A stretch of 64,000 nucleotides of DNA, taken from positions 403,226 to 467,225 of the forward strand of contig NW_018408433.1 in the NCBI RefSeq assembly GCF_002113885.1, given 5' to 3'. Each line of letters begins with the position of its first letter. The stretch's first letter is position 1. This DNA is from Mizuhopecten yessoensis. Lineage: Eukaryota. Shown in pieces: positions 36,507 through 51,252 of this stretch. The notes below the pieces were generated by a model. The model saw only the letters and a program-made list of their open reading frames with translations. It searched no databases and had not been told where the DNA came from. The translations under genes were made by a program, and so were the position numbers.

Positions 36507-39500
36507 GATGCGGGGTTAGTAATTTAATTTTAATAAATGAGACAAAGAACGAAACTGAAGGACATTCGAATGAGGTGCAGAACAACCGAGAAAGGCAAAA
36601 TGCCGAATGGGCCTGGTTGTAAGGTGCTTTAGAACTTTGTTTACACTACACCATGTATGTTTGGTCATACAAATCTGAAAGTTCTAACGTATTCAACTAC
36701 ATGATGATCATGTGAGGCGACCAATGCGTGGGCCACTGCAGTAATGGATGTTTTCTGTTGTGTTCTCGTCTGTAGGACAATGAAGCTAATAACATCGATC
36801 TTCTGTCATTATTATAACATCTGTCTTTTCTTCGCTGTCAGTTTTCTATTTATTTTGATCATTGATGTCTCCCTAGACACCTCTGGTGAAAGTAGTGTCA
36901 GAACAATGACACTTGAGTTAGATGATATGTTCCCGTGTAAGAGGTCCTGGAATGAACTAGTTTTAAGCAAACTTCTCGTCAAACGCGTATGAACTAAACT
37001 ATTGTGATTATCATGAAACCTGGATAATCTGTGTTCTAGGTATTTCGACATTCTGGCCAATCGAAAAAACTGCTAGAATCAAATTGATATGAAAGCAATC
37101 GGTTGTGAAAATCAACCGATATGATCTGTATAAACTGATATCAGGACTAATTTGACCGGTAACTTGTCTCTAAGTGTATATTACATTAGCAAGGTCACAC
37201 AGTATACATAATTAAAAGTAGTAATACGTGCATAGGACGTTTTGAATTATTGTCTGGAAATATCTTGTACTGTGTATTACCGAAATTTACTTTACATAAT
37301 TGGATTTACTGTAAACCAATTATTTTGCTATATTTAACTTCATCTCATTTTAAAATTTGACTTAATAATGTTATTCACTATACATTCTCAAATTTAATTT
37401 AGGTGACCGAGCTTGCTTCAGTTACTTAATGTACTTTTAATCATAGTGTTTCCGTAAATCACTTCATTTCATTTAAAATCAATTAACTCGGTTTAGATCA
37501 ATTCGTTTTTTAAAATGATTTCATTTACTGTAAATTGCTTTTTTTAACATTGATTAACCATTTAACTATTAGAAATTTAGATAATTGCACATATACATTT
37601 TAATTTAATGTCAATCTGAACATTTTTGCATATTTGTTTCCGCTTATGTGCTACAAAATACGTACTAACGTGAATTTGAGTTTGCAAAATCAATGATAAT
37701 TGCTGGTTTTTAAAAGTGTTTCGCGTTCCGTACGAATGAACAGAGCAAAAACATCATTCACAAAAACATTAGGATTTACAGTATGCATTTTTGTACCTAG
37801 TGTATTTTCGCAGTTTTGGACTTGTTCAGTGTAAAATCCTTCGCAATGTAAAGCAAGGATGAAATTATTTTGTGTTACTATTTAGCAGTACTGAATGATT
37901 AGCTCGTCTGATATATGTTTTCCTCTGAGTGAGACATAAATGACTACCCAGATGGACGGTAACCTCTCATTAAGATTCGTCTGCAGCAGACAAAGATATC
38001 CACCTCAATGACTCTTTCATCACGATGAACAATAAGCATTGCTCTTCATAAAGCAGAGATCAATGCCTGTAAGTACGTTTAGATCTCAAGATAAACAATG
38101 TACTTATGTTTTCTACACAAAAGACCTGAAGGTGGACACAATTATATTGAAATATTAAGTAGTATTTTTCAACAAACGTGCGTGTTTTGAAATGGATATC
38201 AAGTTAATTATATCATTTTCAGTTAGAATAAAATAATAATAAAATTGCATATTTGAACTAAGGTTTATATTAGTTCTTGATACCGAGACCATGCATGAAT
38301 GATGAACTAAAACACTGTTCACGTTGAGCTCAAAATATCAACAATCAGTCCCGTGCGTTGTGTAATGATATTTCCGACTACATAGCTTGCAATTAGAGTT
38401 GACACGATGTTTTTTGTGAATTATGACCTAGCACACGAACATATGTCACTTTTCGTAATAAATATTAATGATTGATGATAAACCATTCATTTGTGTTTTG
38501 TAATCAAGACTTGTGTTAAAGTGCACGTTAAAGAGGCATAGCAATAGTTAGAATTTCAAACAAAATATCAATCGAGCGGAATGCATGCACAAATGCATGC
38601 AGTTTCATTAATTATTTGTAGCATGCTAACAAGTATCAAGTTATATTGAACTTTTATTTGTGTTTTCCGTCAACAAGTCATTGCAGTTAGTTTTAATGGG
38701 CGTTTTCATGATTTCAGTGTCTCGCACGTAACTAGAGTGTTCCGGATAATTAAGGATTTTTAAGTAACATTTCAAAATATGATTATTTACATTTAATCAA
38801 TTTTTACACATTTTTATAAAACCTTTTTTAAACCATTTGGCCTACTAATGTTGTTTTGGTGCATCTTTTAAGCATTTCAAACGTTTGGTTTATGTTTGCA
38901 CATGTTCGTTTTTGTAAACGTCTATTTTTATTTTTTTTGGTACAACATGACTCACATTGTCAATACACTAATCAACAAGTTTATCACCGATATATTTTGT
39001 AAAACACAATTCATTATCATATTTCTTCAATATGGTGACATCATCAGGCATCTAAGATAATTGCAACATAACAGGAAAAACAACATGAACATGTGAGTCG
39101 CCACTGCATACCTTAACAAAAAGCATAGATACATAATTATTAAAAGTCAACATTATGTGCTATGGATGAATGATTGTCTTGCTAGGCATTTTGTGCACCG
39201 TTCAGGATGGTTAGCGTTAAATCAAGAGAAGTAAAAACACAATATAGCAACGTAAACGCTGGAATTTCGATAAAAGACACATGATAGCGTCATTTAGCCA
39301 GAATCCTAGCTCGAAATGAATTGCAGTCTATTACCGTGATTAGCTGTTTTGACCTACACAACTCGGCCGTAACTCTAGGAAAGTGAATCCATCATACATC
39401 TCTTAAGGTGATATTTTTTATAGCAATGTTGTAAATTGCTTTCCACATGAATTGCCGCTGAAATACAAAAAATCAATCAATCTAGGTAAATTTGTCGTTT

Positions 39501-40559
39501 AGGGTTAGGATATATATCGTGTACTAATCAGCGACCAATTTCTTTTCCTTATGGTATTGGCAGCATCGTGTTGTTGTTCTTGGTACATGACATTTGCTAT
39601 TCAATTATTTTCCGGTTGAGTTACAAATATAGCTTACAGGTGTGGCAGGGAAGTGGTCGGCGTGGATGCAAATAAATAAACAATTACCTTTGTTGCTGCT
39701 TTCTGCAATACCATCTAAGCGAAAAGAGACGATAAAAACCGCAGTTCCCAAGGCGTTCCAGCTAAACAATTTCTCAAACAAAATATAATGCAAAAGGATA
39801 GAGATGAATTATTTAGTTTCTACAATTTGACAACAATTTTACCAAAAACTGGAAGTTTATTAATGTATGATTGACCTTTTTCTTTTTGACAGTTTTATTG
39901 TTATCCCAAGGTAACAACAACGCAGAAAACGTGCATTATTATTGTATTTAAAAAACTGCCATGCAAGACTGATTAAATACCAGATTAACCTGAGAAAAGA
40001 AAATCTAGATTTATTTCGTCAGGAAATCCTTTTGTGTTTACCTTAAACAGATATTACCAATTAAAACCACTGATGGGAACGTATGCAGGTTGATAAATGA
40101 GTAAGCAGTAATTATCAATGGCAGTCGTGACTGCCATTTCATTACCTTTGTTGAACCATAAGTAGACTCTTAACCAAGCAAAAACTCCTATGGGAAGTAA
40201 ACACTGGTCTTGATGAGTTGTGTTGGATGCAATATCACAAAGGTCACGATATTAAGCAATGCATTTTCATGAAGATTTTTCCGCCATTTATTAAACAACA
40301 TAGATTATTTAATAATTCGACAATTCTATTTTTTCCCGATTTAAAATTATTTGAATGACAAAGACGTTCTTTTTGTTACGTCATTTAAATACTTTGAAGC
40401 ACAATATACCCTATGTTGAAAGATGACTTTCATTAAATCATAGTAGAATGATAAAGTGTGCGATTCTCGTCAAACCTTACAACGCTATGAACAATTAATG
40501 CCTTGACATCTATCATCCTTTGATTTTTATATGAAATTTCGCGTATTTTCAATGGTATT

Positions 40560-40730
40560 TTAGTGGTGTAGCGCTATGCAGTGGGCATCAGTTCAGCACT
40601 ATGACGAGGGACATATACACCAACATACCACCCCCAACACACATACACTCATATTTCACACACATGGAGGCACGTCCTTGCGTGATCAAAACTATTAATA
40701 GTATGGTAAACCTTATCAAATCAAACCAAA
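40560..40730 (+). mobile_element. Degenerate SINE 3' fragment (main family)
   Basis: ggcatcagttc...acacatggaggcacgtcctt...aaatcaaaccaaa; related fragments at ~40895-41000, 56805-56897 and 26095-26150. Confidence 0.55.
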
Positions 40731-42436
40731 GCTACGCAATTGTCATTTGACAGTATGTACTTAATTTCCATTAATCTTTCTTTTGTAAAACAATAAATTA
40801 AAAAAAATATCGATTTAACAGTAAGATGTTACAATAAAGCGAGGATATTCTCTGTAGCGGCCGTGTCCTAGGCTTTTAAGGTAAGCGTTCTCTTGTCCCA
40901 CTATCGCAAGGAGGCATACACACCAAAAAACCGACCTTAGCGTACATGCACTGTACACATGGAGGTCCGCCATTAAATGACATTAACTTTTAATAGTACG
41001 ACTTACATGATAATTGTAATAGTGTTCCATTTTTTTTTGCTTCTGTTAACGAGGGGCAAGGGTAAATCATATTTCGTTTATCCACGTAATTCATATTATT
41101 TTCATATTTTGCATATGTTACCGAATGAAAGCGCTTATAACAAATTGTATAAGATCACAGTGGCAGAATAAAATTGGAATCAATGTGTAGATCACAAACC
41201 ACACGTTATTTAACCTTTAGTCGGTGACTATTGTCCACCCTATAAAAACGGCAGTAGGGCGAAACTGCGTCTCGGGACGTCCCGAAAATCTTTGGAAAAA
41301 TGCCAGGATTCGAGCACTGGCCATCTGGGTCATATGTTTTTGGCATGTTTTTCACTGATTACATTTTCATTGATAAAAGACGGCATCTGTGGTTAATATT
41401 TAACATGGTATTACGAATCGCATGGTGCATATAGTTCGCGCATTAACATGTCACTATGTACTTTGGCCATCAAAGGTCAACTCCCTGTTAAGATGAACTA
41501 AATTGCTTCTACGCATGAATATGGATAACATATTATACGTCGGAAATGTTAATGAATATATTAGTCAGTTAATCATTTGCCAAAATATGATATTGTGTGT
41601 GCTGGTATAGTGAAAGGGAGTTTCGTATACAAAGTTGCCTCATCCGGATATTGGTTAAAATGGTAAGTTGGCCTATAATCCCGGTTGTTCAATCCTAGTT
41701 AACTTAACCAAATAAAAGTACATATAACTTGTATAGCAAATTCTCACAGTGGTTTATAAAGAGAAATAATATTTCTATCGAAATATTCTGAAATTTAAAG
41801 TAATGTTTATTAAGCAAGAATGATATTTAATGTTAAATAAAAACAACGTTCATGTATATATTCTTGTTTAAATTCCAATTTCAGAGTTATAAAACTAACA
41901 ATGCTTTTAATATACGGAGACTGGACATTATCACCGGTAAACGATTACCATAAATGGTAATTGAATATGTTATGTAAAATTGATATTCCTTTTGGAAATA
42001 TACATGCAATTTTTTCTGATAAGAGTATCGAAAATCAATCAAATTTCGCAAACAATTTTGTTCGTAGTATTACATAACGCCGAATTGATATGAGTTTTAA
42101 ACTCATAACAGTGATAACAATTTCTCGAAAAATCTCGCTTAGATTGTAATATACAATATCGTTGAAGTTTCCTGTGTAATAAAGCGACGATAAATAATTC
42201 ATATTTAGAAGTACATTTTTTTAATCACCAGTCAATTTTCCCCCTTTCGTTTTCTACAATTAAGAACTTAAGAAAAACTCCTCAATGAAAGAACTCGATA
42301 TTGAAGGAAATAGAAATGATTTGCTCCAATACGTTTTCTTTATGTCATTCAAATGAAACAACGTAAACCTTTGCTTTTGTTCGACTTAACCCCTCGATAT
42401 GTATATTAATTTCATACGAAAATATGAAATTAAGGA

Positions 42437-43020
42437 TTGGTTTGGTTTAAATTTTGTTTAACGTCCTATTAACAGCTAAGGGCATTTAAGGACGTGTAGG
42501 AGACAGAGTATGTTGGTGTGCTTGCCTACTTGTGATAGCGCGAATCGGATGCCGACTTTATAGTGCTGTCTCACTGAAATACCATATCAAAGGCACAAAT
42601 CACAGCATTCCGCCCGGTCACATTATACTGACAACGGGTGAACCAGTTGTTACCATTCCCCTTAATGCTGAACTTTAAGCAGGGAATAACATCTACCATT
42701 TTTATGGACTGTGATATGTCCCGGCTTGGGGACAGAACCCATAGCATTCCTCACGTGAGCGGAACGCTTAACATTCAAGCCAAAAGTGAGGTGTTGCCAA
42801 GCAAGGTGCTAGGAAATAAAGAGTAGTAAGAAGCAGAAAATAAGATAAAGATCCAAAATATTGCAATGGGCGAAGCAGATTTATTTTGGTCGCTTCTGTG
42901 TAGAGGACACCAGCAAATCCCCAATTCTGCAGGGGGTTCCCCTCATTTGTCGCCTCCTACGCTATATGCAATTGGTAATAACAGGTGTATTCTTTTCCCG
43001 AACCCCAACCTGCAGGGGTG
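42437..43020 (-). mobile_element. Older full-length main-family SINE with ~13-bp TSD
   Basis: Collinear with 34701-35222; ATGAAATTAAGGA (42424-36) versus ATGAAATGAAGGA (43021-33). Confidence 0.8.
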
Positions 43021-44893
43021 ATGAAATGAAGGAATTTCACGTTTAAATATATGATTGATATTATTAAGATGTGATATAATTTTGATCCACCTATTCCAAG
43101 GACACTACAAAACGTTGTTGATGAATATCGTTTTGACAAAACACAAAAGAGGTCCAATATCTGACCTTGCGTTCATCGGAAGTTAAGTCAGCCATCCCAT
43201 CCTAGTACACAGCGATGTCGAGGTCTAAAAGTTTAACTGTAGCAATTGCTTTAGAAAACAATTACCGCCATTTGTTTTCTATTGTCAGCAGTTACTGAAA
43301 CAAAAGCCAGTTTAAAATTGCCAATCATGTTTACCTTTCGCCAATGGCGCCGATGGCGGTCGAGCCCTATTAATAATATATGTAATATCAGATATTAGGA
43401 CACACAATACCAACAATGTTTTATTGTTGCAATTCCTTAGACGTCCTCATACGTTGCCAACTTATCATTATTCCGCTCTCGCCAAACTTGACGAGAGGCC
43501 GTTTGTCTGGTCAAAAATCAACAAAACCAGTAATTTGGTATATTTATTGATTTGCTAGGAGTTTAACGCCCTCTAATGTAAAGACAGGTGCCAAGATACA
43601 CGCCTCTGAAAAAAAGACGAGAGACAGAAGAACAACGACAATATCTCAGGAATTGCAATGAGGCAGCAGATCAATTTTCCTTATCTCCAGTGTCCTCTAA
43701 ATAGCACTCAAAAGTAAAACGAGAATCAGTAGGGAGCTATACGTTAGTATTAATGTATTCTCTTACGTCTTGTTTTGGGGTACAGCAGTGATATTGTTTC
43801 CTGGAATCTGCACAGTCACCGTAAATCAGATCAAAATCGATGAAGCATTTAATTCTGTGTCTTAAGTTCATCTCGCAGGTGTTTGCTAGTTCTTGTCTGT
43901 TTCCATGCGCTTGTTTAACATACCTAGTAAACAATTTTGAGAAAACTTATTTATATAGAAAAATATTGAAAATGTTTAAGAACTGATGAAAATGCTATTT
44001 AAATATTGATATCGAATATGATAGGTACCAAAATTGAAAATGAAGTGCATTATTTAAAACAAATATTCAGCTAAGTATTCTAAAATACATTGTTTTGTAT
44101 CGTCTCCAGATGCAAAAAAATAAATAAATAGCTGTCAACATTTTATAAGCAAATCCTAGAAAAGGGGTTCCTAATTAAAATTGCACTACATTGAAAGCAT
44201 TCCTTGCTCAGACAGACATAAGGCTATACATAAGCTGAGCCTGCCGCTTAGGCACAACATGATGAAAGCACGTTTAGTACAAACATCAGCTTCTTTCCAT
44301 AGTTCACACATTGAATGGGACTAAATCGTACACCTACGAGACATTTGTCCCATTGTAATGACAACAGTATATGTCTATTACGTATGAGAAACAACTCCGA
44401 CGTCTAAGCACCAAGACCGTCTCCTGTTCGCTGAGACGTTCTTTCTTAAGAGCCCTATTTGTCATTGCTAATTGTGCGAAAAATTGGCATTAAGCGGTAT
44501 CGGAGTTTGTCTGTTACAGCCCGTAACGTTTCACACTTCGGATATCCCCCGTTAGTCGTCTGGTGCCACAAGTGCCATTTGATGTGTACAGAATAATAAG
44601 TATCGGTTTCATACGTTATTGTATACATATACAATTGTGCTTTTATTCTTGAATATGTACAAAAATAATAAGATATCTACTTTTTTTAAGAGGAAAGGGA
44701 GTACTTAGCTATAACAAAATGTCTTTTTTTGCTCCGATGAATTTTCTTATTGACAATAACATGACTTATTGTTTTTAATTGATGCTCTTCTGGAAGTAGC
44801 TGATTGGTGTATATAACCATATATATATATTGAATAACATTCTAATTATTAATTGGATGATCAGCTTGCCAACTCCAAGAACTCGTTGTGTAG

Positions 44894-45522
44894 ACTTCGT
44901 CAGACATTAACCTAGGAACAAATCAGCCAAATAGCATGCTTCAGGGCCTTTCAGTTAATCAGAAAAAGTCGTTTAAAGGTTTTAACAAATTTGATCCCTA
45001 TGATCTTGAATATGGGTCAAGGTTATTTCTTTTCGCAAATTTGTCGGGCTTCATCTTTGAAACTTAGTAGCCAAATATCATGCTGATTAACTGAAAGGCC
45101 CTGAAGCATGCTATTTGGCTGATTTGTTCCTAGGTTAATGTCTGACGAAGTTTGCGAAAAGAAATAACCTTGACCTGTATTCAAGGTCACAGGGGTCATA
45201 TTTGTTAAAAGCTTTAAACGACTTCTTCTGATTAATTTTAAGGCCTAGAAGCATGATCTTTGGCTATAGGGAAATGAGATTTTTTTTTCTCTTATAGAAA
45301 GAAAGATTAACCTTAGCTGATTCCCAAATTGTTGTATCAAATAATTATCAAATTGCTATGATAATATTATTGGTATGTTAGCATCGAGTTAATTAGACTG
45401 CACACATTACTTTTAATCATAAATACTGATGTTTTGCCTGTAGCTTAGTTTTAGATCACTTTTAAGGTTACAAGTGTGAGATTTATACTAGGTGAGCGAT
45501 GCAGGCCCTTTGGACCTCTTGT
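44894..45522 (+). mobile_element. Rearranged HINE/Helentron element with ~145-bp monomers and an internal inversion
   Basis: Typical 3' end AGGTGAGCGATGCAGGCCCTTTGGACCTCTTGT (~45490-45522); monomers occur in both orientations; perfect 69-bp inverted repeat 44894-44962/45083-45151. Confidence 0.75.
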
Positions 45523-48500
45523 GTTTTATTTTAAGAAAACATTGAAATCCGAAGTTTTGCAATAAGGACAGCAGATCAATTTCGCCTCTTAATATAAATT
45601 ATGTTGATAACAATAGGTTTAAGTAGTAGACACTGAATGAAAAGTAAATATAAAAACCGTTATTGCAGGGGAGGGGAAAGGGAGGGGCACCAGTGTTAAG
45701 GTTTTCCAGTTAATTCGAAAAACCTATCACAGTGTATCAATTGAAATCGACTGGACTATATTTTATTGATTGCACAATGGACATATCTGTGTAGCTTTTT
45801 TCGAAACGAGAATCATCTAAACCGCTATAAAGGAGTTCTCACAATGGGGAAACAACCCCTGACCGAATCGTACTGTTTTACGGGTTTCCGTTTATTATAA
45901 AGAACCTCTTCTGACTCATCAGACTCGTATAATCCTTACTGGCGAGTTTTTGTCATCTTCCTCATTACTCAAGCTGACATTCATCCCGTCCTTCTGATCT
46001 AATTTGACAGTCATCAATAACGAGGCTACATATCTCTTTCACGCGATCTACGTTAGCTTCAAAGAGTGAATCTTGAAATATATATTCTTGTATGACCGTA
46101 AATGAGCTGTGTACTCTTCAATAACGGGATGTGATTTTTCTGCGTCGCTGATATCAATTAAGTTTCTCGTACTTCCCCATGGTTGCTCATCAGTCAACTT
46201 GTTTTCAGTTTGAATTAATCTTGACAGTAGTCTAGCAGAAATTATTTACAGTCGATTACTGGTGTTTGTATATGTCGAGTTTCTTGTTTCATTTGATATA
46301 GTCAGTTTTATAAAAACGCTTTTGTTTCTACCTTTTAATGGTAGCCCAATTTGTCAACTAGTTCCTTCTTTCGAGTTATAAGGTAAACCATTTCTGCAAT
46401 GTAAACAAAATAAAAGGCAAGCGTGACATCAAAATTATTTATGTTTATTTATAAGGAAAAGTTTTCGTTTTTAGTAAGATATTGTGATACTTAAACCGTT
46501 ATTCATAACAATATCACGATACGCTTAATTAATCGAGTGTACCGCTTCAACCAAGATTTTCACATTTAGGGTTACTTACCTGTGAAGACAATGTGCGACA
46601 ATATAAAAACAACACCAATCTATTTATTCTGCTAAAGATCCCCCCCCCATTTGTTGACAGTTCAGTGTATGAAGAAGCATATAGGATATAAGTATTTTAA
46701 CGGAATTAATAAAACAAAATAACAATATCGAGTGCTCGGGTTTATTTAAAAGTCAATAACGTTGCATATTATCGACCCGGGACCATCCAACTTATAATAG
46801 AAAAATTTCTAGGCCCAGTGCAAAAAATTTTAAGCTTACTGAATCGCTTATGCATATTTTCAAACCGATATGTTATTATAAATACCATAAAAGCCACGAA
46901 TATGTTTGGAACATTTTGTTTGTTTTTGTCAGATAAGCTGTTATTCCCTTACATGTAGTTTCAGCTTTGAATCAGAGAACTTTATTAGAAAATGTTACAT
47001 GCATGTTTGGCGCACAAAAGTCGATACGCTAACTATTCTTTCCAACACTGGGTCAGGATCACAGACCAACGTGCTGAAAATAACGCGTGGTTTGCAGAGG
47101 ATGCCGTTATAAGGTTTATGCGTTTTACTAGGTTTCTCCGACACAATTTAAAAGTGTTACGCTGTACTCGGTAAACATACCACAGCTTCTCTTATGGTAC
47201 AATATCGTCTTTTGAAGGAATTAAAATTATCTCTCTATTAAAAGCCTCTTCACCTACATAAACTATCTAGCAAGATAATTATTTGACAAAAAGTAATTGA
47301 GTGTCGGACAATCTTGCGTTAGGATTGGCCAATTAACATAAAGTTACACTTCTAAGTCGGCGGATATTTGAGGAATTGCTGCTGCGTCACGTACCTTCGT
47401 GACTTGTTGTCTTGTATGAATACTCAAAATATGTCAATTTGTAATTCGGGAATATTGCTTTCCTCGTTTACTGGATAAAGTTTAAATCAATTTGCATTCT
47501 CAATATGTCAATTTAGTTCAACACGTAAAAAAAGAAGCAAATGTATTTTTGTTTATGCAGCCGGAATAGGAAGTACAGTAAAGTGAAAATTAACATTATT
47601 TTTACGTTTTCCTGATTTATTTTGTTTAGCCTAATTTGCAATCCGTGTGATTTCATGATTCGGAGCGCTGAGTGCTTTTAATTTAAAACGTCCAACTGAA
47701 AGAGTGATAACACTCAAAGTAATCTAATTAAGGTAAATTATTCTTTAATTTGGGTCTATGGTATAGGAAATTTCGACTTCGGGAAGGTGAAAAATATAAT
47801 CCTATTGTTAACAGAGCTTTTATTATTTTTTGTTTTTATAATTTGGCGGCCATATTGAAATCTAATTGTTTTTCTCTTTACACAATATTATGAAGAATTT
47901 TCATATTATTTTCTGTACTAATTGCATCATTTATCCTTGTTTTTCACATCGTCTCTGTGTACTTATAATCCATTTCCTAATGCAGTCAAATTATTTATGT
48001 TATGTAAAAAATGTGTCTGTTTCAAGTGTGTTGACCAATGTCCGGCCAATTATAATTCGATGTCAATGCTAAAGCAACTTCCTTTCTTAACAGCATGTGA
48101 ATACGTTTCATGCAAAGTGAGCACGAGAAAACCTTGAATGAGTTTGCATTTCAGAGGTCATGCGTTACTATATAAAACAATATGTTAGTTTGCAATTACA
48201 ATATACAGGACATTTAATTATTACATACACGCACACGTTTTGATTTAATGATACAATTTTGTACACAGTTAAATATATTTCGATTTTGGGCAGGTGAAAG
48301 ATTGCTGTCACCGAACAGGAGGGTTTCTACTGATGTATGATTTTGTATTGCCCTAAAACATTTTTGTGGTCATAGTTCCGACAAGATACTAGATTAGGAT
48401 CGTTTGTTTCGTTTGCCTCACGGCAGAAACAGAGTGGACTTCCTACTAGATTTTTATGAAAAAGATGGCCTTTTAGTGAACTTCATTTCATTCTGAGTCT

Positions 48501-48810
48501 GGCATGGTATATTTGGCCTATTCTAGTACCGCAGAAGTAATATGATTCTTTTTGAAGTAAGTTTCTGTTAAGATATAGCTTTAGTTTTTTATGGATGCGT
48601 CATTCCGTATGGCTTCAGGGAGTTCATTCCATAGATTGACAGAAGCAGATAGGAAAGATTTTTGATATAAATTTGTTCTACAATGTACATGTCTAAATCT
48701 ATTTGCGTAAATACGTTAAATGATGGCATCATTTTCCATCAGGGAAGGGATATTCATATTTTAAATATTTTGTTTTAATTCTGGCTATACATACATATCT
48801 TTTGTTTCAG

Positions 48811-48946
48811 ACCCAACAAGTGGCGTTCCTCTGTGTGCTCTTTGTCCTGACTGTGACCGCTAACTGTATCGTCCTCGCTCTCATTTACCTCTCCCGGAAG
48901 TTGAAGTCACGTATGAATATGTTCATCGCCAATCTCGCATGCGCAG
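48811..48946 (+). CDS. CCAPR: Internal exon of a rhodopsin-family neuropeptide GPCR, CCAP receptor / neuropeptide S receptor type (TM1-ICL1-start of TM2)
   Basis: tttgtttcag|TQQVAFLCVLFVLTVTANCIVLALIYLSRKLKSRMNMFIANLACA(D)|gtatgt. The T[EQ]Q..L..LF....N.....KSRMN.FI..LA.AD pattern and the phase 0/phase 1 boundaries are those of CCAPR/NPSR exon 2. Not in the ORF track. Confidence 0.88.
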
Positions 48947-50029
48947 GTATGTTACTTATGGGGTATTATTGTGTCTAACGTCATCTTCAAAGAAATAAAG
49001 AATGTTTAGCCTCATCACTAGATGCATAACCTCTGGGTACCGTTTGTTTGTATAAATAACATTCATTTTGTCATGATGCAATAAGATACCCGTATGTCCT
49101 CATTGATAAACTTCGACAAACGCTTGTACCAGAAAAGCGAATTTTCCATCATTGAAATACCGACATCATATCGGCGTTTTCCTGACAAAGAGTATCTGTG
49201 AAATAATTAAAGGGAGTTTAAAAGCTTTCCAATAATTTGAACCCTATTTTTTCAATTATCCATGGACTATTAGACAATGCAAGAGGAAAGCAAAACAAAA
49301 ACTCAATGCCTCGATTAAATATGTCAAATCACGTTACTACAAACCAAAATTTGAGTTTTCCCTAAACTTTTGCATTTTTGCGAATGCTGTTTTCTTTATT
49401 TCAGCCTCCCGAGACATGTTTCAGCGTTTTTCAATTTCTTTTAGTTCCCAAATAAATTGCATTGTTTAAATTTGTCCTTGTTAATAAGAAAACTTTTAAA
49501 AATACCGTAAGGGTGAATGTACAGATTTGTTTTTGTATTGGGGCATTTTTTCTTATAATAAGCTGACAATTAGCTTCAACAAAATAATATCCAAAAAAAG
49601 GAAAATGTTTAGAAAGAAATTAGAGATGTCGTGAGTAAAATAGATGGTGTTATGATGAACATTATTTCCCGCTGTCTACAATAAGGATGATAAGTGCAGC
49701 ACTGTTAAGAAGAGGAGATACTAACGACACCGCATCAGATAATTTTGCGACAACGTGTGTATCGATCTAAGGTGTCAGCTGAAATGAGTTCCCCAATTAG
49801 TGTTTATAACTGTAACCTCATTAAGAAGTATCTTCACCATTAATCTAAAAAGGAATATCGGAACCGATATCAATTATGCAAAGGTTATTGTTATTTCTTA
49901 GACACTCAATCGCTTATAAACGACGATGATCTATATCAATAGCCTATCTTTATAGCTTTCTAATAACTTGGCCATATTCATGACGTTCCAGAACATTCTT
50001 AATCATCCGCCTGTCTCGATTCATGGCAA

Positions 50030-50350
50030 ATTTGTGGTTGTACTTGCTACGGTGATATTCCTGGATCTGCCGACTAAACCGCAGTAGCTAACGGAGAAAG
50101 ACTAAGCATGCTCTTTCCCACTACAATAGACGATTAGTGTGGGCCTCTGCAGAATTGCCGGTTTCGGCCATGTCTCATGATTAGAGGACATTTAAGAACC
50201 AAATATTTAGCTGCTGTACCGTGGAAATATTTGGGATCTATTATTGTTCCTTTTCTCATCTCACCGCTCTAACTTATCGGTGGTGTCGCCCTAACCGCCC
50301 GTTTTCAGATGACCTCAGCTGTAGGGAGGACGTTAAACTTAAAACAAATG
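50030..50350 (+). mobile_element. Degenerate SINE of another family
   Basis: Ends gatgacctcagctgtagggaggacgttaaacttaaaacaaa, the same tail type as the main family. Confidence 0.45.
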
Positions 50351-50852
50351 TGCTCAGCATATTATACTCCGAGACCCCGTAATCTGCATATGCTATAGTT
50401 ACACATCATTATTAGCTCTCGTCCACCTGAATGCTCAAGGCTAAGCTGTTGTTTTTTGGGTTACTGTAAACGGACATTTTTTCGAACAATTTAATGTTTT
50501 CAATCACATTTAGTATCCTTTCTAACGATATGTGCAATAATCCTCTCCAAAGAGCCGTCAGTAATTGCAGTACATATTCTCCTTTACTGTATTAACAGGA
50601 GTCGTGCAGATTAGATTTTCTCTTGAAAAATCGTTCTACTGGGGCGAACAATGGATATTCACATAGGATTGTAAACATTGGAAAATGTTATTCATCATAA
50701 TAGCATACATATTCACGATATTTCTCCGTTTCTCTAAAACCTGTTTTATTTGATTTGTTAGACAATGTATGTTACGGCGGTCAATTTGAGATTTTGTACC
50801 ATATCTCCTGAAAAAACATGTACATTTGTTACTTATCCATACTTCCGTAGGC

Positions 50853-51006
50853 CAAAATCTAAGTTCTAGATAATGATTTGTTAGCGTCACCGTCTGTTAT
50901 TAGTTTTAAAATAATTTATTGGGGCTAATAGTCCCAAATCTAAGTTCAAGATAATGATATGTTCGCGTCATCGTCTGTTATTAGTTTTAAAATAATTAAT
51001 TGGGGG
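50853..51006. repeat. ~80-bp tandem duplication
   Basis: aaatctaagttc.agataatgat.tgtt.gcgtca.cgtctgttattagttttaaaataatt.attgggg occurs twice. Confidence 0.88.
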
Positions 51007-51252
51007 CATATTAAATAAATTGAATTACAAATTTTAACTTATTTGCAAACTTAACGTATACATCCTGACAAGGATGTTATGACTTGAACGAAAAAAATCA
51101 AAATCCCTCGTAAATATTTCTACGCAGTAACGGAATTGCAAAATTATTAATGAAAATGATATCACATTAAAATGTGACTGAATGATTGTTTATTTAATAA
51201 AAAATGATCGGTAGATGCTGAGCAACCCGACATGTTTATTATGGAATATAAG

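Noticed and set aside
37940-38074. Alternative first exon for the receptor (MDGNLS... ending at GTAAGT 38069)
   Set aside because: The phase-0 frame has a TAA at 38033-38035 and the ATG frame stops early; at most a UTR exon.
45141-45165. Hammerhead core CTGACGA...GAAA (weaker look-alikes at ~36300-36340 and ~44520-44565)
   Set aside because: No convincing stem II or stem I; the 45141 match is part of a HINE monomer.
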